Shown here piece by piece: positions 12,561 to 24,711 of a stretch of DNA of 64,000 bases. The notes beneath the pieces were generated by a model that had not been told where the DNA came from, ran no database searches, and saw only the letters and a program-made list of their open reading frames with translations. The stretch spans positions 1,736,001-1,800,000 of the forward strand of contig CDPCPM010000077.1 in assembly GCA_976551045.1 (NCBI GenBank), read 5' to 3'. Within the stretch, counting starts at the first letter, position 1, and every line of letters starts with the position of its first letter. The position numbers were made by a program, and so were the translations under genes. The stretch is from Glaucostegus cemiculus. Taxonomy: Eukaryota.

Positions 12561-12855
12561 GGCAGGTTCGGTAGTGTAGCAGTTAGCATAATTCTATTAC
12601 AGCATCAGCCACCCGGGTTCAATTCCGGCCACGTAAGGAGTTTGTATGTTCTCACCATGACTGTATGGGTTTCCTCTGGATGCTCCGGTTTCCTCCCACA
12701 TTCCAAAGACGTACGGGTTATGAAGTTGTTGGCATGCTATGTTGGCGCCGGAAGCATGGCAACACCTGCAGGTTGTCCCCAGAACACTCTATGCAAAAGA
12801 TGCACTTCACTGTGTGTTTCGATGTACATGTGACTAATAAAGATATCCTATCTTA
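12561..12855 (+). mobile_element. Full-length tRNA-derived V-SINE with Rex1-like tail
   Basis: A box TAGTGTAGCAG, B box GGGTTCAATTCC, V-domain GGGTTTCCTCTGGATGCTCCGGTTTCCTCCCACATTCCAAAGAC, tail TTCACTGTGTG..GTACATGTGACTAATAAA. Confidence 0.9.
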
Positions 12856-14149
12856 AAAGTGCCTCTGGCAATGTTATCCTGCGATACTTATCAATGCATA
12901 GCTTGGGTTTCACCAGCACCTCTTGACTTTAGACATCATTACAAGCTTGGTCACAACATGGACAAAGGGGAGTTGTGCTGTGCAAGTCATGTTTTCAGCT
13001 TGGTTAATAAAAGGCAGTTGCTAGAAATTGAACCCACTTGTATCATTTTTAACATGCAAGTTGCACACATTTTAATGGGATTGTACCTTTTCCAGTGGAA
13101 GTCTCACCCATTGAGAAATCGACTGGGCCCTGCCATACATCATGGATCCTGTGCAAGTGTCATTTCTCCAGTGTTATTTGGACACATGATGACATCGTCA
13201 ATGCATTCAACGCTCACTTCACCCTGTCATGGTGCGAATCAATAAAGTGCAACATATAACCCATATTTCTCAGTCATAATAAAAGAATCAACAACCATAT
13301 GTGAATTAAAGTGTCCCCACTGGACATTGATAAACTAGTATCTGTTTGTTGTCTGATTACACAAGAGATAATTTCTGCATGACAGCTGAAAACATAATTT
13401 GCACAATGCCGCTCACCTGCAATATGGAATATATACATGGTTAATCAATGGACAAAGTTGAGTTAATAGTAGAAGAAAATAAACACAGCTCAAGAACCAG
13501 AAAATACCACAAATGTAAGGTACAAATGATATGAATTTGACTGAATGAATATTAAGATCTTTTTGCAAAGACCACTTTGCATGTGTACAACCAGGACATC
13601 AAAAGGACAGTGTGGCTATCAGGAGCCTTCTACTGCAGCATCAATGCCAGAACATTTGTCTGAATTCAGCCTGTGCCTCACAGTGACGTAAGGCCATTTG
13701 GAGCAGGGGAATGAATCTGCAGACATGAGCAGGTGGCGGTGGGGGATTGGGGTGTGATGTAGGGAAAGTGATGGGGCTACAGATGTGAAAGAAAGTGCCC
13801 CATTCACCTCCCATTTCCCCTTACCTCCATGGTGACCTTATCTCATTGCACTGTGACTACCGTGGGAAGTGAACTACAAGTCACTGACTTACCTCCAGCG
13901 CTGAGTGCAGGAATGACACAGTAGTTATGACTTGTGTACAGCTGCCAAGAAGAGATGTCCAGGCAGTGTTTTGACAAATGGAAAAGGGTCCAAACCACTC
14001 TTAGATTTTTGTTATAAGGAAATTTCACCAATTTGTTTGCTGATTCCCCCAACTGGGCATTTGAGCTAAATACTGCACCCAATCATTCCACAATTTCCAG
14101 GCTTTTTCTTGGTATGACACAGGCAGTAGTCTTCTGGGGTAACATTGGA

Positions 14150-14305
14150 GAATGCTGGAGATACTTAGCAGGTCAGGCAGCATCCGTGGAGTGAGAAATA
14201 GAGTTAATGTTCAGGTCAATAACCTCTTGTCAGAACTTACTGAGTAGTTCCATCATTCTCTGTCCTTATTTTGGGATTCCAGCATCTGCAGTTTTTTAGT
14301 TTTTT
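14150..14305. mobile_element. Penelope-derived fold-back element (degraded)
   Basis: AATGCTGGAGATACTTAGCAGGTCAGGCAGCATC ... TTCCAGCATCTGCAG. Confidence 0.6.
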
Positions 14306-17300
14306 CATTACCATTTAGTCATGGCTTCTACCTACAGTCGTTGGGTTCAAACTTCATTGTTGTTGTGGGTCCAACCGCTGGATCTCCAAACCCACCAGCA
14401 CTTAAGGAGAACCTTCTCCAGATCCTCTGCAGTCATTCCAAAGGGTTCCCTACCATTCCAGGGGAAATGGCAGACTGGCATTAAATTCTGACCTTGCCAG
14501 CAATACCTCCAACCTGTAAATGAACCAAAACAAAAACAAGAGTGTTCAACAATGTTCTGCATGAGGTGTGGAAGAGGAGAAAACATCTCTTCAAACCGTC
14601 TTCCAGGCAGTCTCCTTCAAGTGACTCCAACAGGCATCTGATTCTAGGCTGTGACATTCAAAATTTTGCTTAGCTTTACAATTGCATGTTTTTATTAGTC
14701 AAAGCAAACTAACACCGACTGATATTAGTAAATCAATAACAGTGTAAAGCCCCCCCCCCCCAGATTGCTCAGCGGTAATTGATGATGTATTTCCTTGAGC
14801 AAATAAGCATGCAGACGTGGTTTAGGATTTCTTGGTTTAGTTTGCCATTGTGCGAGAGACCACAGCTGTTTTTTGCTGCCAGGCCTCATTTGCCTTGATC
14901 AGCTGAGTAGCTCTGTGAACATAACACGCTCTGGCAAGATGTACTATGGATATCCAAGACCATGTACTTTCGTTCTCATTTTCTAAACCTCAAGCACATC
15001 ACGAACAAGTGTCCCTATGCTTTTTACAACCGGACTTCACAACAGAAACACGAACATATAACAATGTGGGCAGCACTTCTGAAGCGAGGTATGTTTATGT
15101 TTTATATTGATCTATTGTACTACCTGCTTTTTTGAGTGCAAGGAAAAATTGCAGAAAGATTTGTTGAATCAGTAAGTCAGTCTTCCGCACAGGAAAGGTT
15201 TTTGTGAACTAATTTAGCAGTTTCATAAAGAAAGTAGTATACCTAAGGATATTGATCAAATTTATTAAGATCATTGTGAAAAAAAACATTGCACCTTGCA
15301 ATTAATTGATATATTAGGACATGGATCAGCTTTTAGTTTCATTTTGTTTCACTCTGGTACCCAATGAAATTCAAAGTGATGCTGCATCTTATTAAAATCG
15401 AATTAGTTTTAGAATGAAACTACTTGGGCTCAGTTTGAGCACAAGTTTAAAGTTCAAGGAAGCCCATAAAATGCAACACTTGAAAGTGTAAAACAGAAAT
15501 GAATTTCCAATATTAAGATATAGAAGGTGGTAAAATGATAGCTGACCATTGTGGTTAACTCTTCTGGAAAGCCTTTCTGATTTTATGCACTTAGATCAAT
15601 GTATTTACTTTAAAGCACAGTTTTATTGTAAATGTTGATTAATAAAATATGTACTTTACAAAGTAATGAAGTAGGCAAAAGAGGAGCAAATGTGGTTTGC
15701 ATATCTTTATGGATATTCATGCCTTAGGTATCAGTGTATGGGAGAATCATGGACAAAGAATGTCATTGAAATAAGCTTCTTGATGTAATTTATAATTTTG
15801 TTTCAAATAAAAATCATTGTTTTTTTTGTTTCCTGTTTAACAGTTGAACATAGGTTGTTACTGACCAACACAAATCGAATTCTGTAGGATGCTGCTGGAT
15901 GGTTTGTAAAAAAAATATTTGCAATTGGGTACCTTTAACCTCACAATCTGCAAATGAGATTTGAACTAAAACAATTTGTTGAACAATATATGATCTTTAC
16001 TAGGAAGTTGTTAACCTGTCATAGATCATAATGTGCTGGACCAACATATTCAGAGTGCTGAGTGATGAGGATGTGAATAATTGAGGAACAGTTTATGCTC
16101 GGATCAGGATTATGCGTTTAAATGTTGTATCTGGATCAGCAATTCTATACAAACTGGAAATGTTTGAAACTCTCGGTTTGGAGTCAACTATCCATGGCAT
16201 TTGTTTCTAAAGAACATTTTTCTAAAAAGTATTTGCATTGAAGTTCATTAGCATTGCCGTGGTGATGCCGTGGTAAACGTTCATCTTATGCTCGAATGTC
16301 ATTAGGTTATCACCAGTAAATAGGTGCGTTGCTGCTTTTTCATCGTGTTTCGACCAAGCAGTTTAGATTGTTTCATACATAGCTAATTGCTGTCTATTTG
16401 ATATCTATCATTTATGGTATCTTAAATGGTTGCTTGTGTGACTAAATCTCTGTCACAGCCCAAAAATTTAGTTTACTTACAGAAAAACTCCCCACAACAG
16501 CTTTAGTTTGATGCACCATATTTATAAATGAAGTAGCTTCTTTCATCCTTTGTTCTTTTCACTGAATTGATTTGCTGGATTTGAAGTTATATGAAAATTG
16601 AGAAGTCAACATCCTTAAATTATTTTGTTTTATAAACCCAGGACCTTTATATTTTTATTACTGCACCCCCTCACCACCACCTCCCCTCACCACCCATAAG
16701 TCACACAGTTGCTAAAGAACAACCAAACTTTACTAACTCGTAAAGCTCCAGTTGTAAATATGCACTAATATATTTGCAACAAAACATTCCCAAACTGTAA
16801 AATAATTTTCAGAACTATGAAGGACACAGTTGTGTGTATATAACTTTGCATGGATATGAGTTGCCTTAAATCATAACTGAACCATTGTCCTTTTGAAGTT
16901 TGGTTTCTCAGAAGCTCGCTGCAGTCAGTTTTCAGACACTCCTCATGATTACTATGATTATTGCAGCATTCATCTCAAGCCCTGCATATATTCTTCCCAT
17001 CTCGATACTTTTATATTTATTTTTTTACCACTTGTTTTTCATCTTTCTTTCATTTTATTTTGCATTTCTGAGCTTCTTTCTTGAAGGCACACACGGCAGT
17101 CTTTCAGATTTGTGAAGAGACATCCCAAGATCCTGGACAGTAAAGAGGAACAGAAGATGAGTATTTGCATTGTTGGGTTTGCTCACATTTTCCCCATTAA
17201 AAATTCAGGTTAACCAAAATCAAAATGTAATTACGAAGACTGCAATCCTTCACACTAACTAGTAAAAGGATGCAATAGTCATGAAAATTGGTGCTGGCTA

Positions 17301-18084
17301 GGTTTTGAAATATATGAATTCCAAAAAAAATTAATGGGCCTATCCTTTGACAAACTGCAGATTTATCCCTTGGGAGGTCTTCAGTGATGCAGATAAATAC
17401 CAAATCTCAAGGTCTTGAACATCTAAAGACCAATGTAACATAGTGCACACAGATAAGATGTGTAGTGCGTAGCTTTCATCAAATACTGCATCCACTTTCA
17501 CTTTGAAATTAATGTGTTGTAATAACGCTCACATGTTTTTGTCAAGACAGTTGCCAAGGGATCACGAACAGAAAGAACAAACGTATGCTTTTTATTTCTG
17601 AGTTATAAATAAACTATTAACGATTTAGCTCCCATCACCTGAAACAAAAATTAACTCAGCCGAGAGACACAACTAATGCTTAGTGGCAATGTGTAATAAT
17701 GAGACAAATTGATATTCCCGCTGGGAATGTCAAGTGCTTTAGAAAATGATATGCATAACAATGAATTTCTACACAATGTTTTAATATCCTTACAGGGAAA
17801 CTCATACAGATTGAGTACAGAAATGGCCATTTGAAATTTCTAGAACAGCAGCGTTCCTTAAGAACTTTAGGTGGCTTGGTGGAGAGTCACACATTGAAGC
17901 ATGATCTAGCTATGATAATCCCCAAAAATGTGGGCTGAGGTAGGAACGTGTTATGGGACAGCTCCAAGTCTTCAAACAATCCACGAAATATTTGGTGGAA
18001 GAGGTGGAAAGCAGGAGGGATGTCCTTATCCATAGAGCAGCAATCCATGGGCTGAGAAGGCAGGAGGAGCAGATACTCGGGAGG

Positions 18085-18385
18085 TCACAAGAAAACAGGA
18101 GCAGGAGTAGGCCACCTGGTCCCTAAAGCCTGCCTCATTATTGGTAATGATTATGGCTGATCCATGTCTGCCTCACCTCTTCTGCCAGTTCCCCACAGTG
18201 CTCAATTCCCGACCATTTGGAAATTTATCTCCCGCTCCCTCAAATACTTCCAATGATCTAGTCTCCAAAACTCTCAGGGATAGAGATTCTCCAGCCTTTG
18301 TGAAAAGACATTTATGCGCACCTCAATTTTAAACAGCCGGCGCCTTACCTTGCAACTACATCCCCTCGTTCAAGATTCTCCCTTT
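18085..18385 (-). mobile_element. CR1 3' end
   Basis: CACAAGAAAACAGGAGCAGGAGTAGGCCA tail plus degraded ORF2 C-terminus. Confidence 0.7.
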
Positions 18386-19069
18386 AGCATGAGGTGGGTT
18401 GAAACATTGCTGGAAGTTCAGTGACCCCAAACAAACAATCAGGTTCAATGAATGTGCTTCAAGAGTTTTGCCCTAACATCTGTACCATTAACCTCAGTCA
18501 ATGCTCTGTTTACCACAACAGCAGTGGCCTCCATTAGTCAGGATGTATGTCTAACATTCAGATGCTCCATCACATCCTCACACACTTAATGTTGCTGAGA
18601 GTGTCACTTCCCCATTGAACAGTTTGCAAGTCCTGCCAGTTATTCCCAACTGCTAGGCATCCCTCTCCGTGACGTAAACACAGCCAGAGACATCTGGAGC
18701 CAACTGGTGGGGGATGGTCCCAGCATCCAAGGAAGAGGAGGTTTGCACCATGGTTGGGTTGGTTTTTGATGAGGTTGTGGGCAGCAGCAAGGCCGAAACC
18801 ATTAAAAGTCATGGTGTCCTCATCCCTATTTGTCTTCTTCACCTTCCTTCTCCTCAACTCACACCCTCCTTATTTACAAACAGAAAATGGTGTTAGAACG
18901 AAGCACCTGCCTTCGCTCCTTCCCACAGAACAACCTTATCATTTCTTCGTTTTTAAATCCCATCTAACCCTGGTCAGTTAGCGATGATGGAAATACCCTG
19001 TCATTCAATTTCACACACGCACAATTAGGCTTTGGGTAAAATGTAGGGCCCACCATTTCTGAGAGAGTG

Positions 19070-19283
19070 CGCTGGGGGCAGCCCGCAAATGTCGCCACTC
19101 TTCTGGCGCCAACATAGCATGCCCACTGCTCCTAACCTGAACACCTTTGGAATGTGGGAGGAAACCGGAGCACCCGGAGGAAACCCACGCAGACACGGGG
19201 AGAACGTACAAACTCCTTACAGGCAGCGGCTGGAATTGAACCCGGGTTGCTGGCGCTGTAATAGCATCACGCTAACCGCTACA
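19070..19283 (-). mobile_element. V-SINE
   Basis: Reverse complement of the 12561 family (GGAATGTGGGAGGAAACCGGAGCACCCGGAGGAAACCCAC; GGAATTGAACCCGGG). The 3' tail differs from the 12561 copy. Confidence 0.85.
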
Positions 19284-19379
19284 ACGTGGACATGGTAAAT
19301 CCACTTGCCCATTTGTGGACCCAACCTTAATGCAGTGTTCAATGGCCAATATCACAGATTCCATTGTGAATGAAGAAAA

Positions 19380-19530
19380 AACCTGCAGATGCTGGAATGT
19401 TGAAATAAAAACAGAAAATTCTGGTCAGGAGCATCTTAAATTCTGGTCAGAGGCAAATGATGCCTCTGTTTGTCTTTCCACAGATGCTGCCTGGCCAGCT
19501 GTGTGTTTCTGGCATTTTCTGTTTTCAGCA
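19380..19530. mobile_element. Penelope-derived fold-back element (internally deleted)
   Basis: CTGCAGATGCTGGAA..AATAAAAACAGAAAA ... CACAGATGCTGCCTGG..CATTTTCTGTTTT. Confidence 0.6.
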
Positions 19531-21356
19531 TCTCCCACTCCCCATCTTGTCACAACCATTCCAAAGATTTGTAAGAAGTGTAGCAAAGCCCAGAAGCATG
19601 TCGACCTGTATGTCGAGAGGGGGGTCCCCGTGACTAACATTGGTGCACACATCTCTCTGTTGCTCGGTAGGTCGAAGGGTTCAAAGATGCCATTAACCCA
19701 CAACAACATGGTAGCCAGCACCTTTAGCTCCAGAAACGTCACATGTGGCACAGATGCTGCTGGAAGCTCTAAGTCACCCCTTCTGAAGGCAATTTCTTAC
19801 TGAGTAGACTTGGGGACATAATATAAAAAGCATAAACTGTAATTTTGCCAGAAGGGTGTTCCAAATTTTAAAGCCCGCAGTCTATTGTCAGTTTCCAGCT
19901 CATGTAAATTGAGTGAGAGTCGTCTCATAATGTTACAAGAAGAAGGGCAAGTGATTTAGCTAATGTGAAGGAATATGTAGTGAAGTGTAAAACTGTCACT
20001 GCAACTCAGCGTTCAGTAGTAGAAAGGTCTTATTTTTGCAGACAGCTAGTCACAGTAACATCCAAACAATAGGCTGGATGCAACTCAATTGCCTGAATTT
20101 ATTAAAATCCAGGACAACGAGCAGTATCCTCCGTTGTTCAGAATGGCTCAACGAAAACAAGCAACTTTGAATGAGCAGCCATGGATCACCGTCCCAACCT
20201 TGTGGGAATGGTTTTGTTTTACGTGTCGGATGTGCGATACGATAGTGAATGTGCAATCAACCCCATTTCGGAAATTTGTTTCCTTTGTATTTAGGAAAGA
20301 AATTTTGGCTACGGAATTCGGTCAAATGTTATTATGTCGTCCAGAAGAGCGAGCAAATTTCTACCCCACTGGATTTAATTGGCCAAAGATGTTGCTGCCC
20401 TTTTGCCAACAATGTGGGTGAAAGTGACCAGCTCTGAATTTTGCAATGATAGTTCCTCCTCTAGATTTTAATAACTGCTGGAAGAAAGTTAGGTTCAGAG
20501 AGCTGGCCCCAATTATCCAATGAGGAAGCAGCTTTTAAAGACCCCAACCCAGCTATTAAAAGGGGCAGTATAGTTGTAGGCAATAGTAACTACAGACGTA
20601 GGGAAACACAACCATTTATAACACAACATGTTATATCATTGAAGTAGGTCATTGTTGCTCAAGAATTCAGTTCCATTTATTTGTCATATTGCACAGGAAT
20701 GGTCCATAGATAAGTAACAGTTAGTTCATTATGTGTACCTACTCCCCCTGATGCTGGAGGTCTGGACCTCCTACTGCTAAGTTCTACTGAAGGTGGTCTG
20801 AGGATCAGCTCTGCCTTGACTAAATGAAAGGACTGGCTTTATGAATGGAGAAGAATCTGCATGATCTACCAGTTTCCTTGGCCAGCTTGCAAATTCCATA
20901 AGGAACCACCCAAGCTAAGTGTGTTATTGAATTTTGGACAGGTTGTGAATCCATCAAGCTTACTAGAAATCAAAGTTGGGAGTTGCTGCGTCCTGTCAGA
21001 AGTATTGTCTAAAGCACCGTGCACAAACAGTGCCCTTTCTTCACAAGCTTTTTCATTGTGCCATGGTTGCATGTTTGTGGAGCTGCAAACTTGGATGTAC
21101 AACCAAAATTTTTCATCCAAATAATAAATACACAGTATAAGGAGATGGGCCCAATTCAGAACCCCAGAGAAATGTTATCTGTCTCTTTTGGCCTATCTTT
21201 TAACCTACACTGTTTCCTTTCTCCCAACCAGTACAATCTGTCACAAGAGGTTAATTCCATGCACTTCCACATTAACTAATTATCTCCTGTGATGCATGGT
21301 ATTGCAGATGCTGGAAATCTGAAATAAAAACAGAAAATACAGAAAATACTTAGCCA

Positions 21357-23225
21357 GGACTGGATGGGATTTATCCCAGGCTGCTACAGGAGGCAAGAGA
21401 AGAGATTGCTGGGTCTCTGGCTGAGATTTTTAAATCTTCACTGGACATAAGTGAGGTACTAGATGACTGGAGGACAGCAAACATGGTTCCCCCTTTTCAA
21501 GAAAGGCAGCAGGGAAAAGCCTGGTAGCTGTAGACATGTGAGCTTAGCATCAGTGGTAGGAAGGCTACTGCAAAACATTCTGAGACAGAGGATTAATGAT
21601 CACTTGGAAAGATGAGGACAAATCAGAGTCAGCCTATATGGCTTTGCTGAGGGCAGATCCTGTCTGTCCAATTTGATTTAATTCTTTGAAGAGGTAACAA
21701 AGTGTATTGATGAGGGCAGGATAGTTGATGTAATTTACATGGACTTCAGTAAAGCCTTTGACAAGGTCCCACATGGGAGACTGGTTCAAAAGGTTAGGGT
21801 CCATGGGATTTGGGCAAGTTGGCAAACTGGAACCAAAATCGGCTTGACAGTAGGAGACAGAGGGTGATAAAAACATCTAGGGACATAAAATTATAGAAGT
21901 GATAGATAAGATAGAGGCAGAAATGTTGTTTCCACTGGTAGCTGAGACTAGAACTAGGGGACATAGGCTCAAGATTCAGGTGAGTAGATTTAGGAGAAAT
22001 TGCTTTTCCCAGAGAGCAGTGAATCTGTGGAATTCTCTGCCCAGAGAAGCAGTAGAGGCTACCTCATTAAATATATTTAAGACACAGTTAGATAGATTTT
22101 TGCATAGTAGGGGAATTAAGGGTCATAGGGAAAAGGCAGGTAGGTGGATCTGAGTCCATGGCCAGATCAGCCATGATTCTATTGAATGGCAGAGCAGGCT
22201 CGACGGGCCAGATAGCCGACTCCTGCTCCTATTTTTTATGTTCGCATGTAAGGGTAGAAGGTTGTTTTGCAATTGAATGCCTGCGTCTAGTGGTGTCCCA
22301 CAAGGATCAGTGCTGGGAAACTTCCTGTTTGTAATATACATTGACGTGGATGTGGGAGGCATGATCAGTAAGTTCACGGATGACACGAAGATTAGGGGTG
22401 TTGTTGATAGCATGGAAAGTCGACTTAGGCTGCAAAAGGATATCGACATGTCGGTGAAATGGGCTAAAAATGGCAAATGGAGTTTAATCCAGACAGCTGT
22501 GAGGTGATGTATTTTGGAAGTACTAATGAGGCTTGGACATACGTCATGAATGATAGGGTCTTAGGGAGTATTGAGAAACAGGGGGATGTCAGATTACAAG
22601 TCCACTGGAAGTGGGTGGCACAGATAAATAATGTGGTTAGGAAGCCACGCGGGATACTGGCCTCCCTTTGTCCTTTGTTGGGTCTCTGAATACAGAAGCA
22701 AGAGGTTATGCTCCCACTTTATAAAACCTTGGTCAGACCTCAGCTGGAGTACTGCGTGCAGTTCTGGTCACCAAGGTGAAGGAAGGATGTGATAGTACAG
22801 GAGAGCGCACAAAGGAGTTTCAACTTTATGTTGCCTGGGATGGAGCAGTTCAGTTACGAGGAGGAACTGGAAAAGCCAGGTCTTAGCTCCCTGAAGTGGA
22901 GGGAGAGGGGTGACACTATTGAGGCACATAAAGTTATAAGAGGTATAGGTAGGGTAAACTGCATGAAACATATCCCTGTAGCAGGGGGAAGAGATTCAGA
23001 TGGGATATGAGGGGGGACTTACTTCACCCAGAGAGTGGAAGGTAGCTAGAAAGCACTGCCTGAGAAAGTGGTGCTGACAGCATTTAAAAAGTGTTCAGAT
23101 GAACAAGTGAATCACCAAGTCATGGAAGGTTATGGACCAAGTGTTGTGTGATGGGATTAATATGGAAGGGTGCCCACTGGTTACTGTGGACTAGTTGAGC
23201 CAAATGGCCCGTATGACTCTATGAC
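21357..23225 (+). mobile_element. Degraded CR1 ORF2 RT region and 3' end
   Basis: DVIYMDFSKAFDKVPHG (~21725-21780), SGVPQGSVLG..KFTDDTK (ORF 22277-22507), and a 3' tail ending ATGACTCTATGACT. Confidence 0.9.
21885..22245 (+). mobile_element. Younger CR1 3' fragment nested in CR1
   Basis: ORF 21899-22153 TRTRGHRLKI..FSQRAVNLWNSLPRE, with its own tail ending ~22245. The host RT continues on both sides. Confidence 0.85.
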
Positions 23226-23334
23226 TTCTACAACACTAAAAAATATGTCGATGAGCTGTATAGAGGAGAAGGTGAATAACATCTGATATTAGCAGAAAAT
23301 GCAAGGGAAATGCAAGACTGAAATGGCTGGTTAT

Positions 23335-23600
23335 GTGAAATTGGTGAATTCATTGTTGAGTCTGGGAAGGTGAATTATTCCCAGTCAGTAGGTAAGGTGA
23401 TGTTCCTCTCATTTACTTTGCATTGCAACGGTGTAGGAAGCTGAAGATGGAGAGGTCAAAATGGGGATGTGATGGTGGAGAGTGAGGACTTGCAGACTGT
23501 AAAGTGGTCGGCTAACCTGCATTTAGTTTCCCCAATAGAGAGGGGATCACATTGGGAGCAATGAATGCAGTATATTAAATGGTAAGTGGTACAAGTGAAC
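23335..23600 (-). mobile_element. Penelope-like element GIY-YIG endonuclease relic
   Basis: Minus strand from 23599 reads FTCTTYHLIYCIHCSQCDPLSIGETKCRLADHF (xIY-CxxC-YIGET pattern), then frameshifted ..EEHHLTY*LG..NNEFTNF. Confidence 0.8.
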
Positions 23601-24711
23601 CATAAATGCCTCCTCATCCATATTTCACCACATTCATAATTTACTCATCCACTGTGCTCATAACTTACTCAAAGAATTCAGCTCAGTCAGTCATAACTTA
23701 CCCTTGCTGACTCTGCTAACCAGTTTACAATTCACCCAGCTTCCAACAGGTTCCGACAAGTTCTTTGCAATTGACAATAAAGTGACTGGAACATGGAACT
23801 AGTCTACAGTCATCCAGTTTCTCTCTTGCTCCCTTCTTTTCCAAGTAATGAAATGATCCTTTAAATTGTCTGATCTATATTGACGGCAGTGCCCCCTTGA
23901 ACCACTCAAAGGTAAATTCAAGAACAGTTAAAGCATCAGTGGGTACCAGCTAATGGAATCGCATTTAAGGAAGGATTGTGGAGCCAAGAACACACTTGGA
24001 AAAAGTTGAATGTCATGATGAAGGAAAGGAATTTTTTAATGGGTGGATAGAATAATGATGGGAAATATTTATTCCACCTGTCATTGAAAACACATCATAG
24101 CAACCATTTTCAGAACCAAGAAATTCAGACCTTACCGATTAATTCATCACCTCTGTCTTTCAGGGGAAGCAATTACATTGATGAATAAGAACAAGAGAGT
24201 TCGTTGAGAAAATAACACATTAAGTTGTGGTAAACACATAAAAATCTTGCACATTCGGATTAAGTGGCACCTTAGGGTTGCTACCTTGATAACTTTAGGT
24301 TCATAGAACAGTTTCAGTGTATGTCACCGCTGAGCTGCAAACCATTGCCCCAAGCAATCAATAAGGTGAGTGGTTTCCATGTAAACCAAACATCTAATGT
24401 AGTTTCCATTCCGCTGTTTCTTCCAATTCCCTTATAAACAAAATGCACTTTGCCCAGGGCAGTCCAGGAACTTAAGTGATTGACTCTTGATTTCCAGGAG
24501 TTCATGTTTCAGGCTATCATTCATGCACATTTCTTTCAGCTGAATGATCTCTAGGCCACCTGCCCGTGCACCTTACAATCTAAGGTGATCGTGGGATGGG
24601 AAGTGGAATGAGGAGTCATTTTCTTCCTTGCTTTGCTTGGGATGTTTCCTGCCAGCTGAAAATATTGGGCTAAATTGTTCTAGCTTTGGCAATCAGCCAC
24701 TCACCCACAAG

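Noticed and set aside
19315-19803. 162-aa ORF
   Set aside because: It reads through a fold-back repeat, so it is likely a chance open frame.
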